Translations under genes and position numbers: made by a program
Notes under the pieces: generated by a model
Told to the model about the DNA's origin: nothing
What the model saw: the letters and a program-made list of their open reading frames with translations, nothing else
Database searches by the model: none
From: Akkermansiaceae bacterium
GTDB lineage: Bacteria; Verrucomicrobiota; Verrucomicrobiia; Verrucomicrobiales; Akkermansiaceae
Reading direction: 5' to 3'
DNA length: 64,000 bases
NCBI GenBank assembly: GCA_031374665.1
Contig: JANMGO010000038.1
Coordinates: 330 to 64,329 of the forward strand
In this document: positions 45,394 to 53,415 of the stretch, one piece after another
How the letters are laid out: each line of letters opens with the position of its first letter
How positions within the stretch are numbered: the stretch's first letter is position 1

Positions 45394-46350
45394 ATGCGTC
45401 CTCGCTTCGCTCTTGGTGCTTTTATCGCCTTCGTATCACTGCTTCCTGCGCAAGAGGAGGCAGCAGATACGCCTAAGATGACACCTAAAGAAGACGTAGT
45501 GGAGCAGTTGTTTTCAGAAAGGGAATCTGCTGAGGCATTAGAAAAGGCTATTCAGAGTGCTCGCAAACTTGGCGTTCCTGAACAAGCGATTCTGGAATCT
45601 AAATTCTTGTTCCATGTCGATCGCGCAGAAGATGCTGAAATTGCAGAGATGCTTCCCGCGCTAGTGAAGCAGGGTGAACATTTTAAGTTATCTGATTCGG
45701 AAATCTTCGGTAGCGAGGATGATTGGCTAGCGATCTTGGAATACGTGCGAGCCATCGCTGCACTACAGAAAGGCGAAAAGCAGGCATTCAAAACACACAT
45801 CACCGAGGCATTTTGGTTAAGTCCGCGCCAGGGAGCTGCGTTTGCACCGCACATTGAACGGCTCCGTTTGATGGATGCCATGAAGGAGGTGAAGATCGAT
45901 AAGGAGCGAAAATACCTCAACACACTCGATGCTGAAAAAACCAGTCTTGGAGAGTTAATGGCGGAAAAAAAAGGAGTCATGCTACATTTCTGGTCTCCGT
46001 TGAGTCCAGAATGTGAGGGCACCCTCGCTGACTTTTTTATTACTGCGGAGCACCTAACGAAGAATGGAATCAGCGTTGCGTCCGTGCTTCCTGAAAATTC
46101 AGACAAGGTTATCGCTGCTGCGAAAGCGATGTTGGCAGCTACGGGCAAACACATTCCGGGTCATTGGATTGTAGATGTTGAGAAGTCACCGCTAAGCGCG
46201 CAACTCAAGGTAGAATCAGTGCCTGCCGTTGTTCTGATAGATGCGGCAGGTAAAATTATTTATAACGGTCATCCGAGTAACGAAGAATTTTGGAAGATGT
46301 TAGAAAAATTGAATCCTGAAATTAAGCGTCCCGAGATGCGAGAGGAGTGA
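45394..46350 (+). CDS. Secreted protein with a helical N-domain and a thioredoxin-fold C-domain carrying SxxC instead of CxxC
   Basis: It has a signal peptide. The Trx-like block VMLHFWSPLSPECEGTLADF has Ser where the first active-site Cys is expected. VPAVVLID is typical of the cis-Pro region. Confidence 0.65.
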   Translation: MRPRFALGAFIAFVSLLPAQEEAADTPKMTPKEDVVEQLFSERESAEALEKAIQSARKLGVPEQAILESKFLFHVDRAEDAEIAEMLPALVKQGEHFKLSDSEIFGSEDDWLAILEYVRAIAALQKGEKQAFKTHITEAFWLSPRQGAAFAPHIERLRLMDAMKEVKIDKERKYLNTLDAEKTSLGELMAEKKGVMLHFWSPLSPECEGTLADFFITAEHLTKNGISVASVLPENSDKVIAAAKAMLAATGKHIPGHWIVDVEKSPLSAQLKVESVPAVVLIDAAGKIIYNGHPSNEEFWKMLEKLNPEIKRPEMREE

Positions 46351-46410
46351 GATCTAACTCAGAGAAATTACTACACCTGCCGTAGGCTTAAAATGGGGGT
46401 AATTTTTATC

Positions 46411-46433
46411 CTAAACTTTTCTTAAAAGTTTAG
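46411..46433. promoter_or_regulatory. Perfect 10-bp inverted repeat upstream of the BlaI-like gene (candidate operator, or terminator of the upstream gene)
   Basis: CTAAACTTTT-ctt-AAAAGTTTAG lies 61 nt after the 45394-46350 stop and 67 nt before ATG 46500. A TTGACG hexamer follows at 46444-46449. Confidence 0.4.
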
Positions 46434-46499
46434 TGATTTTAACTTGACGGAAATACGTAATACTAGTTTTATCGTATCAATCTAAGGAAACAAATCCTG

Positions 46500-47252
46500 A
46501 TGAGCAAACCTACACATCCTTCAAATCTCGAACTACAAGCACTCTCAGTGTTGTGGCATGAAGGGCCATCTACGGTAAGTTCAGTACATGAGTCGCTGCC
46601 TGACGGAAGAGAAAGAGCCTACACTACGGTGCTCTCTGTTATGCAAAGCTTAGAGAGAAAAAAACTGGTAAGAAGAATCCGCTCCGGAAGGGCTCATGTA
46701 TATGAGTCGGCGTATTCACAAGAAATCATCGTGCGTCGTGCGACGGATGATTTTGTAACAAATGCTTTTGGAGGACGCCTCGGTGAGGCTGTTCTCGCTA
46801 CCCTCTCCCTCGGTTCATTAACACCGGAAGAGAAAACAAACATCGAACGCGAACTCCAACGACATAAAACTATGCCAGCGAAAAAACCAGCAAAGAAAGC
46901 AGTAAAAAAAGCAGCTCCTAAAAAAGCAGCAGTAAAAAAAGCAGCTCCTAAGAAAGCCGCCCCTAAGAAAGCCGCTAAAAAAGCAGCTCCTAAAAAAGCA
47001 GTGAAAAAGGCAGCTCCTAAAAAAGTAGCCAAAAAAGCCGCTAAAAAAGTTGCTAAAAGCGCTAAAAAAGTAGCCAAGAAGCCAGCTAAAAAAGTAGTTG
47101 CCAAAAAAGCTCCGGCTAAAAAGGCAGCAGCTAAAAAAGCTCCAGCTAAAAAAGCAGCTAAGAAAGCCGTAGCTAAAAAGGCACCAGCCAAAAAAGCTCC
47201 AGCTAAGAAAGTTGCTAAAAAGGCAGCCAAAAAAGCAGCTAAGAAAAAGTAA
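46500..47252 (+). CDS. BlaI/MecI/CopY-family winged-helix repressor fused to a ~125-aa Lys/Ala/Pro-rich histone-H1-like tail
   Basis: The N-terminal ~120 aa (LELQALSVLWHEGPSTVSSVHESL...AYTTVLSVMQSLERKKLVRR...HVYES) match the penicillinase-repressor fold pattern. From TMPAKKPAKKAVKKAAPKK... to the end it is almost pure (A/P/V)KK(A)n repeats. Confidence 0.8.
   Translation: MSKPTHPSNLELQALSVLWHEGPSTVSSVHESLPDGRERAYTTVLSVMQSLERKKLVRRIRSGRAHVYESAYSQEIIVRRATDDFVTNAFGGRLGEAVLATLSLGSLTPEEKTNIERELQRHKTMPAKKPAKKAVKKAAPKKAAVKKAAPKKAAPKKAAKKAAPKKAVKKAAPKKVAKKAAKKVAKSAKKVAKKPAKKVVAKKAPAKKAAAKKAPAKKAAKKAVAKKAPAKKAPAKKVAKKAAKKAAKKK
46872..47249 (+). repeat. Coding low-complexity tandem repeat (GCN-AAR rich) encoding the Lys/Ala tail
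   Basis: It contains reiterated AAAAAAGCAGCTCCTAAA / GCTAAAAAAG-type units. The antisense frame gives the artefactual FLAAFLA ORF 46694-47260. Confidence 0.85.
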
Positions 47253-47321
47253 TCAACCACCGCTAGCAGTCTGATTTTTCTTCACTGAGAAATTTAACTG
47301 CCAAGCGGTTATGACATTTGT

Positions 47322-47358
47322 AAAAGGCGGAAGGTCTCAGGATCTTCCGCCTTTTCAT
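47322..47358 (+). terminator. Rho-independent terminator after the BlaI-H1 gene
   Basis: AAAAGGCGGAAG-gtctcaggat-CTTCCGCCTTTT is a perfect 12-bp stem with a GC-rich core. It is followed by a T-run. Confidence 0.7.
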
Positions 47359-47439
47359 GTTTAATGCGAACGTGATGCGTATCAAAAATAATCAGCCATT
47401 TTGTTTTCATGAAGGAATTTGTGTGGTTTGATCATATGC

Positions 47440-47916
47440 ATGAAGACTTCAACTTATTGGTTATTCGTTTTTCTATTTTTGATAAGCCCCGTGGCACGGG
47501 CGGGAGGAAATAAGGAAGTGGCTCAGATTTCTTTTCATCTTGAGACTGATGCGAGTGATAATCCCAAAATGATTTTTCCCCACCAATTAATGGGTAAGCA
47601 AAGATTTTTTCGGCGGATGCCTGAAATTTCATCTAAGGATTTTAAAGCCTTTAATCCTTTTCCGTCAGAAGATCAGGCATCTTATGGAGTTCTCATTCAA
47701 TTGAAAGAGAGTGCTGGCAAGCGTTTTACGGCCTGCACAACTGCAGGTCAAGGAAAGTGGTTAGTCTGCCAAGCTTTCGGCCGCGTGGTTGATGGCGTTA
47801 TCATTGACCAACCTGTGAATGATCACGTCATTGTCGTATGGAAAGGACTGACATTGGAAGAAATTCGTGAACTTGATAAAGTCATGCCGCGCGTAGGAGA
47901 AGAAAAGAAGAAATGA
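47440..47916 (+). CDS. Hypothetical secreted protein (158 aa)
   Basis: ATG 47440 gives the signal peptide MKTSTYWLFVFLFLISPVARA. An ATGA overlap joins it to the downstream M23 peptidase gene. Confidence 0.55.
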   Translation: MKTSTYWLFVFLFLISPVARAGGNKEVAQISFHLETDASDNPKMIFPHQLMGKQRFFRRMPEISSKDFKAFNPFPSEDQASYGVLIQLKESAGKRFTACTTAGQGKWLVCQAFGRVVDGVIIDQPVNDHVIVVWKGLTLEEIRELDKVMPRVGEEKKK

Positions 47917-48956
47917 GATTATCTAAAATGAAATGGGCACTCGTTATATTATCGCTCGCGATCACAAATCTCAAAGCTGATGCAATCGAGTTAGTTTTGC
48001 CGACGGAAAATGATCATCTTTACAGCGGAGAATTGGATCGGTTCTACATGTATGTGGATAGAACTTTTGAGGGTGAAGTGACAAAGGTGTGGGAAGGGGG
48101 ATCGTTTGGTTTCGTGCGGACTCCCATCCGCGTTAACGGTGAAGTCGTTTTAACGAAGTTTCATGAAGGGATCGATATCGCGCCGGTCAAGCGCGACAAA
48201 GCGGGCAATCCTCTGGACTTGGTGATGAGTATTTCTGGAGGAAAAGTCGTTCACACCAGTCATATCGCAGGCCAAAGTAACTACGGCCGATACGTGGTGG
48301 TTGAGCACGATTGGGAGCAAACAAAAGTTTACTCGCTTTATGCGCATTTGGCGGAAATCACAGTACAAGTCGGCAGCATTGTCAAAGCAGGATCAGTTCT
48401 TGGACGTATGGGTTACACCGGCGCAGGTATTAATCGGATCCGTGCGCATTTGCATTTGGAACTGGGTTTTCTGATGAGTGAAAACTACGAGGTCTGGCAC
48501 AAGCAAAGTTTCGCGAGCCCGAATCATCATGGTAATTTCAATGGAATGAACATCGCAGGTGTTGATGTCGCGAGTTTCTTTCTGGCACATCGTGATAATC
48601 CGAACCTGAGCTTCAGTGAATTCGTTATGAGCCGGCCAGTGCAATTCAAAGTTGTTGTTCCTGCAGGCAAATCAGAGCCAGATTTTTTCGTGCGATATCC
48701 TTGGATGAAACGTCCAGGCGATGCCTCAGTAAAATCATGGGAAATTGGCTTCTCGGCGACGGGGCATGTCGTTTCATTTTGTCCGAGTAGTAGAATCGTA
48801 AATCAAGCAACGGTGAGTCACATCAGGCCAGCAGAAATGAATCAATCTTATCTGACCCGTGGTTTGATTTCAGGAAACGGTAATCAAGTTGTTTTGTCAC
48901 GTGATGGGAATCGCCTCATCTCGTTAATACTCGATGATTTTCCTAGGACTCAGTAG
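47913..48956 (+). CDS. M23 (LytM-type) metallopeptidase, secreted
   Basis: It has HEGIDIAP (HxxxD), YSLYAHL and AHLHLEL (HxH), plus a signal peptide. Confidence 0.8.
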   Translation: MRLSKMKWALVILSLAITNLKADAIELVLPTENDHLYSGELDRFYMYVDRTFEGEVTKVWEGGSFGFVRTPIRVNGEVVLTKFHEGIDIAPVKRDKAGNPLDLVMSISGGKVVHTSHIAGQSNYGRYVVVEHDWEQTKVYSLYAHLAEITVQVGSIVKAGSVLGRMGYTGAGINRIRAHLHLELGFLMSENYEVWHKQSFASPNHHGNFNGMNIAGVDVASFFLAHRDNPNLSFSEFVMSRPVQFKVVVPAGKSEPDFFVRYPWMKRPGDASVKSWEIGFSATGHVVSFCPSSRIVNQATVSHIRPAEMNQSYLTRGLISGNGNQVVLSRDGNRLISLILDDFPRTQ

Positions 48957-49016
48957 ATTTTCACATCTGGTAAGCTTCTTGACGGGTTATAATGAATTCA
49001 ATTTAGTTTAAAAGAT

Positions 49017-49511
49017 ATGACATGGTTTTATTCCAATAATGGGCAACAGTTGGGGCCGATCACTGACCAAGAACTCGCTACTAAATTTAGAAATGGAGAG
49101 TTGTCTTCAACGGATCTCGTTTGGAAAGAAGGCATGTCCGACTGGACGCCTCTGGGGGAAGTGAATCTTTTTTCTGCTGGGCCAATGACGCAGATGCCAC
49201 GTTCTATGGAGGGTAGCGTGATGCTTCAACAGCCGCCCATACGCACTTCTGCGCCGATTCGGCCAAACATCCCCACCTATCTATGGCAGTCTATTGTTGC
49301 GACTGTGCTCTGTTGTATGCCGTTTGGCGTGGTGGCAATAGTTTATGCCGCGAAGGTCGATAGTCTGATTGCTGTTGGAGATTATGTAGGAGCACAGAGT
49401 GCCTCAAATTCTGCAAAAACGTGGGTTGGAGTATCGGTCGGTATTTTCCTTCTATTATTCGTAGGTTACTTCGGTTTGATTGCGATTGGCATTATTTTTG
49501 GAAATATCTGA
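49017..49511 (+). CDS. GYF_2 (DUF4339) domain fused to a CD225/dispanin-family membrane domain
   Basis: The N-terminus is MTWFYSNNGQQLGPITDQELATKFRNGELSSTDLVWKEGMSDWTPLGEV (GYF-like). The C-terminus is YLWQSIVATVLCCMPFGVVAIVYAAKVD...AKTWVGVSVGIFLL (CD225 pattern). Confidence 0.75.
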   Translation: MTWFYSNNGQQLGPITDQELATKFRNGELSSTDLVWKEGMSDWTPLGEVNLFSAGPMTQMPRSMEGSVMLQQPPIRTSAPIRPNIPTYLWQSIVATVLCCMPFGVVAIVYAAKVDSLIAVGDYVGAQSASNSAKTWVGVSVGIFLLLFVGYFGLIAIGIIFGNI

Positions 49512-49520
49512 TTCGATTTG

Positions 49521-49895
49521 ATGCATAAAAAAAGAGCACTTTTGGTTTCACTGGTCGTGCTCGCGCTTGCTTTCGTTGCATATAAACTTCGTCAAGATGG
49601 TGGTGCCGGCTGGATGCCAGGCTGCTTTTTTAGGAAACTTACGGGTCTGGAATGTCCGGGTTGCGGCATGACACGTGCGACTTATGCGGTGTTACACGGA
49701 CGCTTTATGGAGGCGTTTCGTTTGAATCCTGTCGGATTCATTTTGTTTCCACTAGCGATGATTGGGCTGAGTTTTGAGCTTCTGGGATGGGTCAGGGGTA
49801 AGGATGATTTTTTTCGACTCAGTGTAGGTAAGTGGGGATCCATTATGATCGCGGCGATTCTGATCATATGGGGGATCGTCAGAAATCTCATTTGA
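49521..49895 (+). CDS. DUF2752-family membrane protein
   Basis: The CFFRKLTGLECPGCGMTRA motif is characteristic of DUF2752, followed by TM helices. The ATG at 49521 lies one codon inside the listed ORF. Confidence 0.7.
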   Translation: MHKKRALLVSLVVLALAFVAYKLRQDGGAGWMPGCFFRKLTGLECPGCGMTRATYAVLHGRFMEAFRLNPVGFILFPLAMIGLSFELLGWVRGKDDFFRLSVGKWGSIMIAAILIIWGIVRNLI

Positions 49896-49954
49896 GTGCG
49901 TGGTATGAAGGATGTTTTCTTGCGAGTATGATGAGCCGGACTTAGTTTTTCGGC

Positions 49955-50701
49955 ATGAGTCTTTTATTGGGAGTGAACATCGATCATGTCGCAACGTTAC
50001 GGCAGGCGAGATATGTGCTGCAGCCGGATTCTCCGAACGCGGAACCGTGTGTGGTTTTAGCAGCGCATGAAGCCAAAGCGGGCGGTGCGGATTCGATCAC
50101 GGTGCATGTGCGAGGGGATCGCAGGCACATGCAGGATGCGGATGTGTTTCGGGTGCGCGAGGAGGTGGATATTCCGCTCAATCTTGAACTCGGGATTACT
50201 GAGGAAATGTTGGATTTGGCATTTCGCTTAAAACCAGATTTTGCCTGCTTGGTTCCGGAGACGCGTGAGGAAGTGACGACCGAAGGCGGGCTGGATGTAG
50301 TCGCGCTTTTTGGGACGGCGAGGGAAGCGGTGAAACGACTCAAAGATGCGGGCATCAAAGTAAGTTTATTTATCGATCCGTTAGAAGAGCATGTTCGTGA
50401 AGCCGCGCGTATGGAGGCGGATATGATTGAGCTGCACACGGGGTCTTTTGCGAATGCTGTCAATAAGTCAGATGAAATCGCACGACTGATCACCGCCGCG
50501 CAGCTTGGACATTCGCTAGGCTTGCAGGTCAATGCGGGTCACGGCATCAATTATTTGAATTTGTCCGACGTGTTGAAAGTTCCCTTTCTCAGTGAGTTAA
50601 ACATTGGACACAGCATTGTCTCTCGGGCGATGATGGTGGGGATGCGCACGGCTGTGGCGGAGATGGCAGCCGGAATGAAATCTTACTCTTTTCAATCATG
50701 A
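49955..50701 (+). CDS. pdxJ: Pyridoxine 5'-phosphate synthase
   Basis: It has LGVNIDHVATLRQAR, ITVHVRGDRRH, VPETREEVTTEGG, IELHTG and NAGHG. Confidence 0.92.
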   Translation: MSLLLGVNIDHVATLRQARYVLQPDSPNAEPCVVLAAHEAKAGGADSITVHVRGDRRHMQDADVFRVREEVDIPLNLELGITEEMLDLAFRLKPDFACLVPETREEVTTEGGLDVVALFGTAREAVKRLKDAGIKVSLFIDPLEEHVREAARMEADMIELHTGSFANAVNKSDEIARLITAAQLGHSLGLQVNAGHGINYLNLSDVLKVPFLSELNIGHSIVSRAMMVGMRTAVAEMAAGMKSYSFQS

Positions 50702-51087
50702 TGATTTACGGAATCGGCATCGATGTGGTGGAGGTGGATAGAATTGAGGACGCGATCGCACGGCAGGGGGAAGTGTTTTTGCGAAAACTTTTTACCGAAA
50801 GCGAACGGACATACTGCGACAGACAAAAGCGGCCGGGTATGCATTATGCAGCGAGATTTGCGGCTAAAGAAGCGGTGTCAAAAGCACTCGGCACGGGTAT
50901 AGGTGGCAAGGCGGGATGGCTGGAATTGGAAGTGGTTCGGGGAGAATCTGGAGCGCCGACGATGTTATTTCACGGGCATGCCTTGGAATTTTTGACTGCT
51001 GAGGGAATCGGCGAAGTGCAGGTGAGCCTGAGCCATGCTAGGGATTACGCGGCGGCGAATGCGGTGGCGATTCGGCAGTTGGGTTGA
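50698..51087 (+). CDS. acpS: Holo-ACP synthase (4'-phosphopantetheinyl transferase)
   Basis: It has IYGIGIDVVEVDRI, FAAKEAVSKALGTG and VSLSH. An ATGA overlap joins it to pdxJ. Confidence 0.9.
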   Translation: MMIYGIGIDVVEVDRIEDAIARQGEVFLRKLFTESERTYCDRQKRPGMHYAARFAAKEAVSKALGTGIGGKAGWLELEVVRGESGAPTMLFHGHALEFLTAEGIGEVQVSLSHARDYAAANAVAIRQLG

Positions 51088-51096
51088 CGACAAGAT

Positions 51097-51155
51097 TTTC
51101 AACGCAAAGCAGCAAAGGTCGCAGAGAGACGCAAAGCCGAGTGAGCGATAGCGAA
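51097..51155. repeat. GCAAAG/GCAGAG periodic intergenic repeat
   Basis: TTTTCAACGCAAAGCAGCAAAGGTCGCAGAGAGACGCAAAGCCGAGTGAGCGATAGCGAA has GCARAG units at 8-10-nt spacing. It is the same class as 29969-30003. Confidence 0.6.
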
Positions 51156-51282
51156 TTTCATAGATAAGCGAAGCCAACTAGCTTGGACGGAATAAAATGG
51201 AGTCAAAGCCATCTATGTGATATCAATAAATGTTGAGAGACACTGACTTGCCAAGACGGGTTGGATAGCGAAAGCTAGGGGT

Positions 51283-52269
51283 ATGGAAATGATGGTCAGA
51301 GCGAGAAGAAATCGGCGGAGTGCGGCGATTCGTGGGTTGGTTCGGGAGACCCGGCTTGCTGTAGAGGATTTGATTTTACCGATGTTTTTTCATGCGGATG
51401 CCGAAGATGTCGCCATCGATTCGATGCCTGGCTGTAAGCGTTGGTCGGTTCAGGGATTGTTGAAAGAGATTTTGGAGGTTCGTGATTTGGGGATACGGGC
51501 GGTGGTGCTGTTCCCAAAAATTGAGGACTCGCTGAAAAATTCTCAAGGTAGCGAATCGGCGAATGACCATGGTTTGGTGCCGCATGTGATTAGGGAAATT
51601 AAAAAACTTTGTCCTGAAATGTGTGTGATCACTGATATCGCGCTCGATCCTTACAACTCAGATGGGCACGACGGTTTGGTGGTGCGGGGTTGCAATGGTG
51701 AATTGAAAATTCTCAATGACGAAACGGTCGAGGTGCTTTGTCATCAGGCACTCTGCCACGCGAGAGCGGGTGCGGACATCGTCGCGCCATCGGATATGAT
51801 GGACGGTCGGGTCGGAGCGATCCGTGTTGCGCTAGATGAAGCTGGTTTCACCGAAGTCGGGATCATGGCCTATACCGCTAAATATGCATCGTCATTTTAC
51901 GGGCCGTTTCGTGGGGCGCTCGATTCTGCGCCGAAAGAGGGCGATAAGAAAACCTATCAGATGGATCCCGGAAATGTGCGTGAGGCAATCCGTGAGTTAT
52001 TGATGGATGAGGAAGAAGGTGCGGACATGGTGATGGTGAAACCTGCCGGTGCGTATCTCGATGTGATCGCGCGTTTGCGGGATGAGACGACCTTACCGAT
52101 CGCTGCTTATCAAGTGAGCGGGGAATATCTGATGATCAAAGCAGCTTGCGCGAGTGGTTGGTTGGATGAAAAGGCTGTGGTTTTGGAAAGTCTTTTGGGG
52201 ATACGTCGTGCGGGTGCGGACATGATTCTGACATACTTTGCAAAAGATGTGGCGAAGTGGATTCGATAG
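51283..52269 (+). CDS. hemB: Porphobilinogen synthase (delta-aminolevulinate dehydratase)
   Basis: It has RRNRRSAAIRGLVRETRL, IVAPSDMMDGRV, AYTAKYASSFYGPFR and VMVKPA. Confidence 0.92.
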   Translation: MEMMVRARRNRRSAAIRGLVRETRLAVEDLILPMFFHADAEDVAIDSMPGCKRWSVQGLLKEILEVRDLGIRAVVLFPKIEDSLKNSQGSESANDHGLVPHVIREIKKLCPEMCVITDIALDPYNSDGHDGLVVRGCNGELKILNDETVEVLCHQALCHARAGADIVAPSDMMDGRVGAIRVALDEAGFTEVGIMAYTAKYASSFYGPFRGALDSAPKEGDKKTYQMDPGNVREAIRELLMDEEEGADMVMVKPAGAYLDVIARLRDETTLPIAAYQVSGEYLMIKAACASGWLDEKAVVLESLLGIRRAGADMILTYFAKDVAKWIR

Positions 52270-52277
52270 GAGCGTTG

Positions 52278-53393
52278 ATGGATTTTGCAGAGCTTAAACA
52301 TTATTTTGAGGAAAACTTCGCGATACGTGGGGAGTTAGGGGCTGGGCTGAGTATTTGGAAAGATGGGGAAGAGATCGTTGCGCTCGTGGGAGGATATAGG
52401 GATAGGAATCGAACCGAGAAATGGGATACTAAAACGATCGCACCCGTTTACTCAGCTACCAAAGGTCCGGCTGCGGCGACTTTGCTGCATGCTCTTTCCA
52501 AACGAGGCTTGGATGAAAACGATTTGGTGAGCGAAGTCTGGATCGGTTTCCCGTTACAGGCGGCGACGTTCGGTCAGCTGCTTTCTCATCAATGCGGTTT
52601 GGCTGCTCTCGCACATAACGCCGATGTGTATGATCATTGCGCAGTCATTGCCGCTATAGAACACACTACGCCCGAGTGGTCGCCGGGTCATGGTGTTGGA
52701 TACCATCCTAGGACGTATGGCTTTTTGTTAGACGAATGCGTGCGTCGCCTCACAGGAAAAACTCTTGGTGAGTTTTGGAACCATGAAATCGCCAGACCGA
52801 TGGAAATCGATTTCTGGATCGGTTTGCCGGAAAGCGAATGGAGAAGAGTGGCGCAATTGGTTCCGGGTAGAGCAAAGCCATCGGTCTTTGAGGAAGGGTT
52901 TTATCAGATCTACGCCCAATCAGGCAGTCTCACCCGCAGGGCATTTTCATCGCCACGCGGCTTGCATGCGATTGCGGAAATGAATGAGCCAAAAGCTTGG
53001 TCGGCGGGCTTGCCGGCGATGGGTGGTGTGGGATCGGCCAGTGGACTGGCAAAGTTTTACCAGTGCGCCATCGGTGTATTGGAAAGTCCGTTTTCAGAAG
53101 GAGTCAGACGGGCTCTCGGGAGTTTGCAGATTTCAGGAGAGGATAAAGTGCTGTTGCGAGAAACCGCTTTCACCTGTGGCTGCCAGATGGATCCGGTTGA
53201 TGAATCCGCTGAGAAGAAACGCTTTTTGTATGGGCGATCGACTTCAGCCTTCGGTCATCCAGGGGCGGGCGGGTGTCATGGATTTGGCGATCCTGCGAGC
53301 GGTGTATCCTTTGGTTATGTTATGAATCAGATGGAACTCAGCGTGATGCCCGGTGAGAGGTGTGTGGGTTTGGTTGAGAGAGTGGGTTGTTAG
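52278..53393 (+). CDS. Beta-lactamase-family serine hydrolase (class-C/esterase-like)
   Basis: The S-x-x-K nucleophile context is VYSATKG. It has a YH/YxN-like region and a C-terminal HPGAGG. ATG 52278 avoids overlap with hemB, and ATG 52257 is an alternative. Confidence 0.7.
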   Translation: MDFAELKHYFEENFAIRGELGAGLSIWKDGEEIVALVGGYRDRNRTEKWDTKTIAPVYSATKGPAAATLLHALSKRGLDENDLVSEVWIGFPLQAATFGQLLSHQCGLAALAHNADVYDHCAVIAAIEHTTPEWSPGHGVGYHPRTYGFLLDECVRRLTGKTLGEFWNHEIARPMEIDFWIGLPESEWRRVAQLVPGRAKPSVFEEGFYQIYAQSGSLTRRAFSSPRGLHAIAEMNEPKAWSAGLPAMGGVGSASGLAKFYQCAIGVLESPFSEGVRRALGSLQISGEDKVLLRETAFTCGCQMDPVDESAEKKRFLYGRSTSAFGHPGAGGCHGFGDPASGVSFGYVMNQMELSVMPGERCVGLVERVGC

Positions 53394-53415
53394 TAAGCTG
53401 TCTCCATGGGATATT

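Noticed and set aside
46694-47260. 188-aa minus-strand ORF (FLAAFLAAFLATFLAG...) that looks like a polytopic membrane protein
   Set aside because: It is the reverse complement of the GCN-AAR repeat encoding the Lys/Ala tail of the BlaI-like protein. Its hydrophobic repeat is a mirror artefact. The plus frame is continuous with a recognisable N-terminal domain and is followed by a good terminator.
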